The notes under the pieces: generated by a model | Databases searched by the model: none | Seen by the model: the letters and a program-made list of their open reading frames with translations, nothing else | What the model was told of the DNA's origin: nothing | DNA from: Candidatus Nealsonbacteria bacterium | Lineage (GTDB): Bacteria; Patescibacteriota; Minisyncoccia; Minisyncoccales; RBG-13-42-11 | Length of the DNA stretch: 64,000 nucleotides | Reading direction: 5' to 3' | NCBI GenBank assembly: GCA_019923625.1 | Contig: JAHXGN010000001.1 | Span: 8,939 to 72,938, forward strand | Part shown: positions 60,139-64,000 of the stretch, piece by piece | How positions within the stretch are numbered: position 1 is the stretch's first letter | Layout of the letters: each line of letters begins with the position of its first letter | Program-made: the position numbers and the translations under genes

Positions 60139-62637
60139 TTATTTTGCTAAACTTAAAATTGTTTTAATAACAGTGTCCGGGTTTAAAGAAATTGATTCTA
60201 TCCCCTCTTTGACTAAAAATTCGGCAAACTCCGGAAAATCACTCGGCGCCTGACCGCAAATACCGGCATATTTTTTCTTTTGGCGACAGAGTTTAATCAC
60301 TTTTTTAATCATTTCTTTTACCGCCTCATTCCTTTCATCGCCGATATAAGCAATTTTTGCGTTGTCTCTGTCTACTCCCAAAATTAATTGAGTTAAATCA
60401 TTTGAACCAATTGATATACCATCAAAAATCTTCAAAAACTCTTCTGCTAAAATAACATTGGAAGGAACTTCACACATAACATAAGTTTTTAATTCTTTTT
60501 TGACAAGGCCGAATTTTTCCATTAATTCTAACACTTTTTCTCCTTCTTCCACCGTCCGGCAAAAAGGCACCATTACTGAAATATTTTTCAATCCGAAAAC
60601 CTCTCTAACTCTTTTTATTGCCTGGCATTCCATTTCAAAAGCCGGCTGAAACTCTTTGTCTAAATAACGGCAAGCCCCTCGGAAACCCAACATCGGATTT
60701 TCTTCTTCTTTTTCAAATAATTGGCCGCCAACCAGGTTTTCATATTCGTTTGATTTAAAATCGGAAAATCTGACGATTACTTCTTTGGGCCAAAAGGCAG
60801 CGGCAATTTTAGCAATGCCTTCGGCCAACTCTTTGATAAAATGCTCTTTTTTGTCTTTGTGTTCAACTGTAATTTCTTCAATTCTTTTAACAATCTTTTT
60901 TACTTGCCCCGTAGTGAACCGAGCTTTGCCAGGTTCTACTGCTGTTCTCTTTGCCCGGATTTTTAATTTTTTATAATGATAAAGGGCCAAGGGATGAATT
61001 CTTATTTTTTCAGCCAAAATAAACTCAACCCTGGCCAACCCCACGCCGTCATTTGGCAAAAATGATGTTTTAAAAGCAATGTCAGGAGAACCGATATTTA
61101 TCATTATTTTGGTAGTCAATTCTGGGATTTTTTTCAAATCGTATTTTTTTATTTTAAAGGAAATTTTCCCACCGAGAATTTTTCCATTTAATCCCTGGGT
61201 GCAATCAACCGTAACTTCTTGACCGTTTTTTAAAATTTCGGTTGCTTTCTGAGTCCCGACAATGCAGGGAATTCCAAGCTCCCGGCTTACTATGGCCGCA
61301 TGGGCTGTTTTTCCGCCCTCATTAGTGACAATGGCTGAGGCAATTCTCATTGCCGGCAGCCAATCCGGGTCGGTCATTTTTGTTACCAAAACCTCTCCTT
61401 TTTGAAATTGGTCTATTTTAGAAACATCGCCAATGATTCTTACTTTTCCCTGGCCGATTTTATTTCCAACGGCAATTCCGGTTAAAATTGGCGGTTTTTT
61501 TGTTTTTAATTGATACTCTTCATAAAACTTAATTTCTTGGGGTGTATGGACCGTCTCAGGCCTTGATTGAACAATAAAAAGCTCGCCTGTTTTTCCATCT
61601 TTTGCCCACTCAATGTCCTGGGGAATTTTGTAATGGCTTTCTATTTGACAAGCCCATTTAGCCAAAGTTAAAATTTCTTCATCAGTTAGGGAAAATCTTA
61701 ATTGGTCTTTTTTAGAAACAGCTACTTCTACAATTCCTTGATTTTTGGCATTCACCCTGTTAAATTGTTCGCTTTTAGCGAACACCTCGCTTCGCGAGGA
61801 TTTAACAGGGTAAATATATTTTTTTGTCTTTCTTCCCAAATTTTTAAGAATTATTGATTTAAAGCCTTGTTTCAGGGTTGGCTTGAAAACATAAAATTCA
61901 TCAGGCGTAACCATTCCTTTGACAATCATTTCCCCCACTCCAAAAATTGAATTGATTAAAACAACATTTTTAAATCCTGTCTCAGTATCTATGGTAAAGA
62001 GCACGCCCGAAGACGCCAAATCCGACCTGACCATTTTTTGAACGCAGATTGATAAAGCAAATTCCAAATGAGAAATTTTTTTCTCTTCCCGATAAGCAAT
62101 GACTCTATCGTTAAAAGAAGAAGCCAAGCATTTTCTAATGGCTCTTAATAAATTTTCTTTTCCTGAAACATTTAAAAAGGTTTCAAACTGACCGGCAAAA
62201 GAATCTTTGGGACTGTCCTCGGCCACGCCTGAAGAACGAACAGCTACATTGATATTTCTTTGGCCGTATTTTTCTGATAATTTCTGATAGGCCCTAAATA
62301 TCTCCCTTTTTAGGTCCCCGGAAAATTTTCCATTTAAAATTAAATTTCGAGCTGCCTTGCCAGTTTCTTGCAAGTTTTTGATGCTTTCGGGGTCAAATTT
62401 TTTGAAAATTTCTTTTAATTTCTCATCAATTGTGTTTTCCCTTAAAAAATGCCAATAGGTTTCTGTAGTTAAAGCAAAACCATCAGGGATATTAATCGGA
62501 TTTATTTTTCGCTTTTCGCTTTTCGCTTTTAGCTTGCCAAACATTTCGCCCAAAGAAGCATTTTTCCCTCCGACCATAGGCACGTCTTTTGCCGAGATTT
62601 CCTTAAACCATAAAATAAACTTTTGTTTTTTATTCAT
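60139..62637 (-). CDS. ppsA: Phosphoenolpyruvate synthase (pyruvate, water dikinase)
   Basis: ATP-grasp N-terminus, phosphohistidine domain GGKTAHAAIVSRELGIPCIVG, and PEP-utilising C-terminal domain. Confidence 0.85.
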   Translation of the reverse strand: MNKKQKFILWFKEISAKDVPMVGGKNASLGEMFGKLKAKSEKRKINPINIPDGFALTTETYWHFLRENTIDEKLKEIFKKFDPESIKNLQETGKAARNLILNGKFSGDLKREIFRAYQKLSEKYGQRNINVAVRSSGVAEDSPKDSFAGQFETFLNVSGKENLLRAIRKCLASSFNDRVIAYREEKKISHLEFALSICVQKMVRSDLASSGVLFTIDTETGFKNVVLINSIFGVGEMIVKGMVTPDEFYVFKPTLKQGFKSIILKNLGRKTKKYIYPVKSSRSEVFAKSEQFNRVNAKNQGIVEVAVSKKDQLRFSLTDEEILTLAKWACQIESHYKIPQDIEWAKDGKTGELFIVQSRPETVHTPQEIKFYEEYQLKTKKPPILTGIAVGNKIGQGKVRIIGDVSKIDQFQKGEVLVTKMTDPDWLPAMRIASAIVTNEGGKTAHAAIVSRELGIPCIVGTQKATEILKNGQEVTVDCTQGLNGKILGGKISFKIKKYDLKKIPELTTKIMINIGSPDIAFKTSFLPNDGVGLARVEFILAEKIRIHPLALYHYKKLKIRAKRTAVEPGKARFTTGQVKKIVKRIEEITVEHKDKKEHFIKELAEGIAKIAAAFWPKEVIVRFSDFKSNEYENLVGGQLFEKEEENPMLGFRGACRYLDKEFQPAFEMECQAIKRVREVFGLKNISVMVPFCRTVEEGEKVLELMEKFGLVKKELKTYVMCEVPSNVILAEEFLKIFDGISIGSNDLTQLILGVDRDNAKIAYIGDERNEAVKEMIKKVIKLCRQKKKYAGICGQAPSDFPEFAEFLVKEGIESISLNPDTVIKTILSLAK

Positions 62638-64000
62638 AATTTAATTACCTCTCTTATTTTCTCAACGCTTTCTGGGTTTGCTAATGTGCTTAAATCTCCA
62701 AGTTCTTCGCCAGTAAATAGCTTTCTTAAGATTCGTCTCATAATTTTCCCGCTGCGGGTTTTAGGCAAATCTTCAACCAAGTAAACTTCTTTTGGCGAGG
62801 CAATGGGCCCGATTTCTTTCCTTACTTGTTTAATAATCTCCTCTTTAAGTTGCAGAGGACGGGCCTCTGTAAACTTTTTGGGAGCAACGAAAGCCACAGG
62901 CACCTCTCCCTTTATTTCATCTGGAATGCCAATTACTGCGCATTCGGTAATATCGGGATGCAAATTAATAACTGCTTCTAACTCTCCGGTAGACAATCTG
63001 TGACCCGCCACCTTAATTACATCATCTACCCTGCCGATAATTCGGATTAAACCATTTTTATCTTTGAAAGCCGCATCACTGGTGAAGTAGACCTCTTTAC
63101 TATATTGACTCCAATAGGTTTCTAAATATTTTTTAGGGTCTTTGTAAATTCCTCGGAACATACCGGGGCTAAAAGGCGGAAGTATGACTAAGTTTCCTGT
63201 TTTACCTACCGGACAAGATTTTCCCTTTTCATCAAATATATCAAACTTTGTTCCCGGAAATGGTAATCCAGTAAAGGCCGGTTTGAAAGGTCCGATTCCC
63301 GGCAAAGAAGTAATTAAAATTCCGCCGGTTTCCGTCTGCCACCAGGTATCAACTATCGGACACTTTTCTTTTCCGACCTCTTTGAAATACCAGAGCCAGG
63401 CTGATTCATCGATTGGTTCACCAACCGACCCCAATAGCCGTAATTTTTCAAATTTATATGCTTTCAAGGAGCTTAGCTCCTTTTCAAACATTCGGATTGC
63501 GGTTGGCGCAGTATAGAAAACTGTTACTTTGTGCTTTTCAATAATTTGCGCCCACCTGTCAGGTGTCGGCCAATCTGGCGCTCCCTCAAACATCAAAAAG
63601 GTTATTCCATTAAGTAAGGGCGAGTAGCAACCGTATGTATGCGAAGTGATCCAACCTATGTCGGCAGTGCACCAAAAAATATCGTTTGCATGAAAATCAA
63701 AAATCCATTTTCCTGTCCAATAGGCCTGAACTGTATAGCCACCGCAGGTGTGGATGATTTGTTTTGGTCGGCCGGTGGAACCGCTGGTCGCCAATAAAAA
63801 TAAAAGGTCTTCTGAATCCATAATTTCGGATTGGCACTGATTACTTTCATTTTTGATTAACTCCTGCCACCATAAATCTCTTTGAGGGTCCCACGGAATT
63901 TCATTTTCTGCTCTTTTTACCACAATAACTTTCTCCACTTTTGTTTCTTTTATTCCCTCGTCAGCATTTTGTTTTAAATTGACAATTTTTCCTCTTCTGT
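62634..64000 (-). CDS. acs: Acetyl-CoA synthetase / AMP-forming acyl-CoA ligase, partial (N-terminus lies beyond the window end)
   Basis: TSGSTGRPK, WQTETGG, and the linker/C-terminal domain. The reading frame is open to the window edge, and aligns with the Acs region upstream of RDLWW. Confidence 0.8.
   Translation of the reverse strand, partial: RRGKIVNLKQNADEGIKETKVEKVIVVKRAENEIPWDPQRDLWWQELIKNESNQCQSEIMDSEDLLFLLATSGSTGRPKQIIHTCGGYTVQAYWTGKWIFDFHANDIFWCTADIGWITSHTYGCYSPLLNGITFLMFEGAPDWPTPDRWAQIIEKHKVTVFYTAPTAIRMFEKELSSLKAYKFEKLRLLGSVGEPIDESAWLWYFKEVGKEKCPIVDTWWQTETGGILITSLPGIGPFKPAFTGLPFPGTKFDIFDEKGKSCPVGKTGNLVILPPFSPGMFRGIYKDPKKYLETYWSQYSKEVYFTSDAAFKDKNGLIRIIGRVDDVIKVAGHRLSTGELEAVINLHPDITECAVIGIPDEIKGEVPVAFVAPKKFTEARPLQLKEEIIKQVRKEIGPIASPKEVYLVEDLPKTRSGKIMRRILRKLFTGEELGDLSTLANPESVEKIREVIKL

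Overview
The window is AT-rich and gene-dense and has the hallmarks of a small-genome Candidate Phyla Radiation / Patescibacteria-type bacterium. I infer this from the gene content; the taxon is not verified. Stop-codon usage is standard code 11.

Layout:
- 1-24.3 kb: housekeeping genes (pheST, secG, galU, RNase J, trpS, ychF, rpsF-ssb-rpsR, recA, ftsK, rpoC, rpoB), with tRNA-Leu(CAG) on the + strand at 6254-6337.
- 24.4-28.0 kb: a minus-strand 16S rRNA gene interrupted by several insertions, two of which encode LAGLIDADG homing endonucleases.
- 28.4-29.0 kb: a frame-broken solo Cas4-family nuclease gene.
- 29.2-52.7 kb: an almost complete ribosomal-protein superoperon on the minus strand (S9/L13, L17-rpoA-S4-S11-S13, a RelE/ParE-type toxin-antitoxin pair, L36, IF-1, tpiA, map, adk, secY, L15 through S10, tuf), with tRNA-Thr(UGU) at 52923-52995.
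- 53-64 kb: tsf, rpsB, rpmE, an RF1-like release factor lacking domain 1, a lytic transglycosylase, L25, fba, a PfkB kinase, ppsA and a partial acs.

The most unusual content is several families of short palindromic repeats:
- (A) a modular ~48-100 nt element inserted in frame into essential proteins (S9 twice, L18, L22, SSB three times, FtsK, an FtsA-like protein) and also present in intergenic DNA.
- (B) a ~110-bp AT-rich element with terminal inverted repeats, present at five intergenic sites.
- (C) a ~150-170 nt intergenic element with conserved ends (AAGCGAGGCAA ... TTGCCGAGCGGATTTA) and compensatory base changes in internal stems, suggesting a structured RNA.
- (D) a family of GC-stem/AT-loop hairpins at four sites inside the 16S gene.

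Three genes (rpoC, the Cas4-like gene, a hypothetical membrane protein) are each broken by a -1 frame change at an A/T homopolymer.
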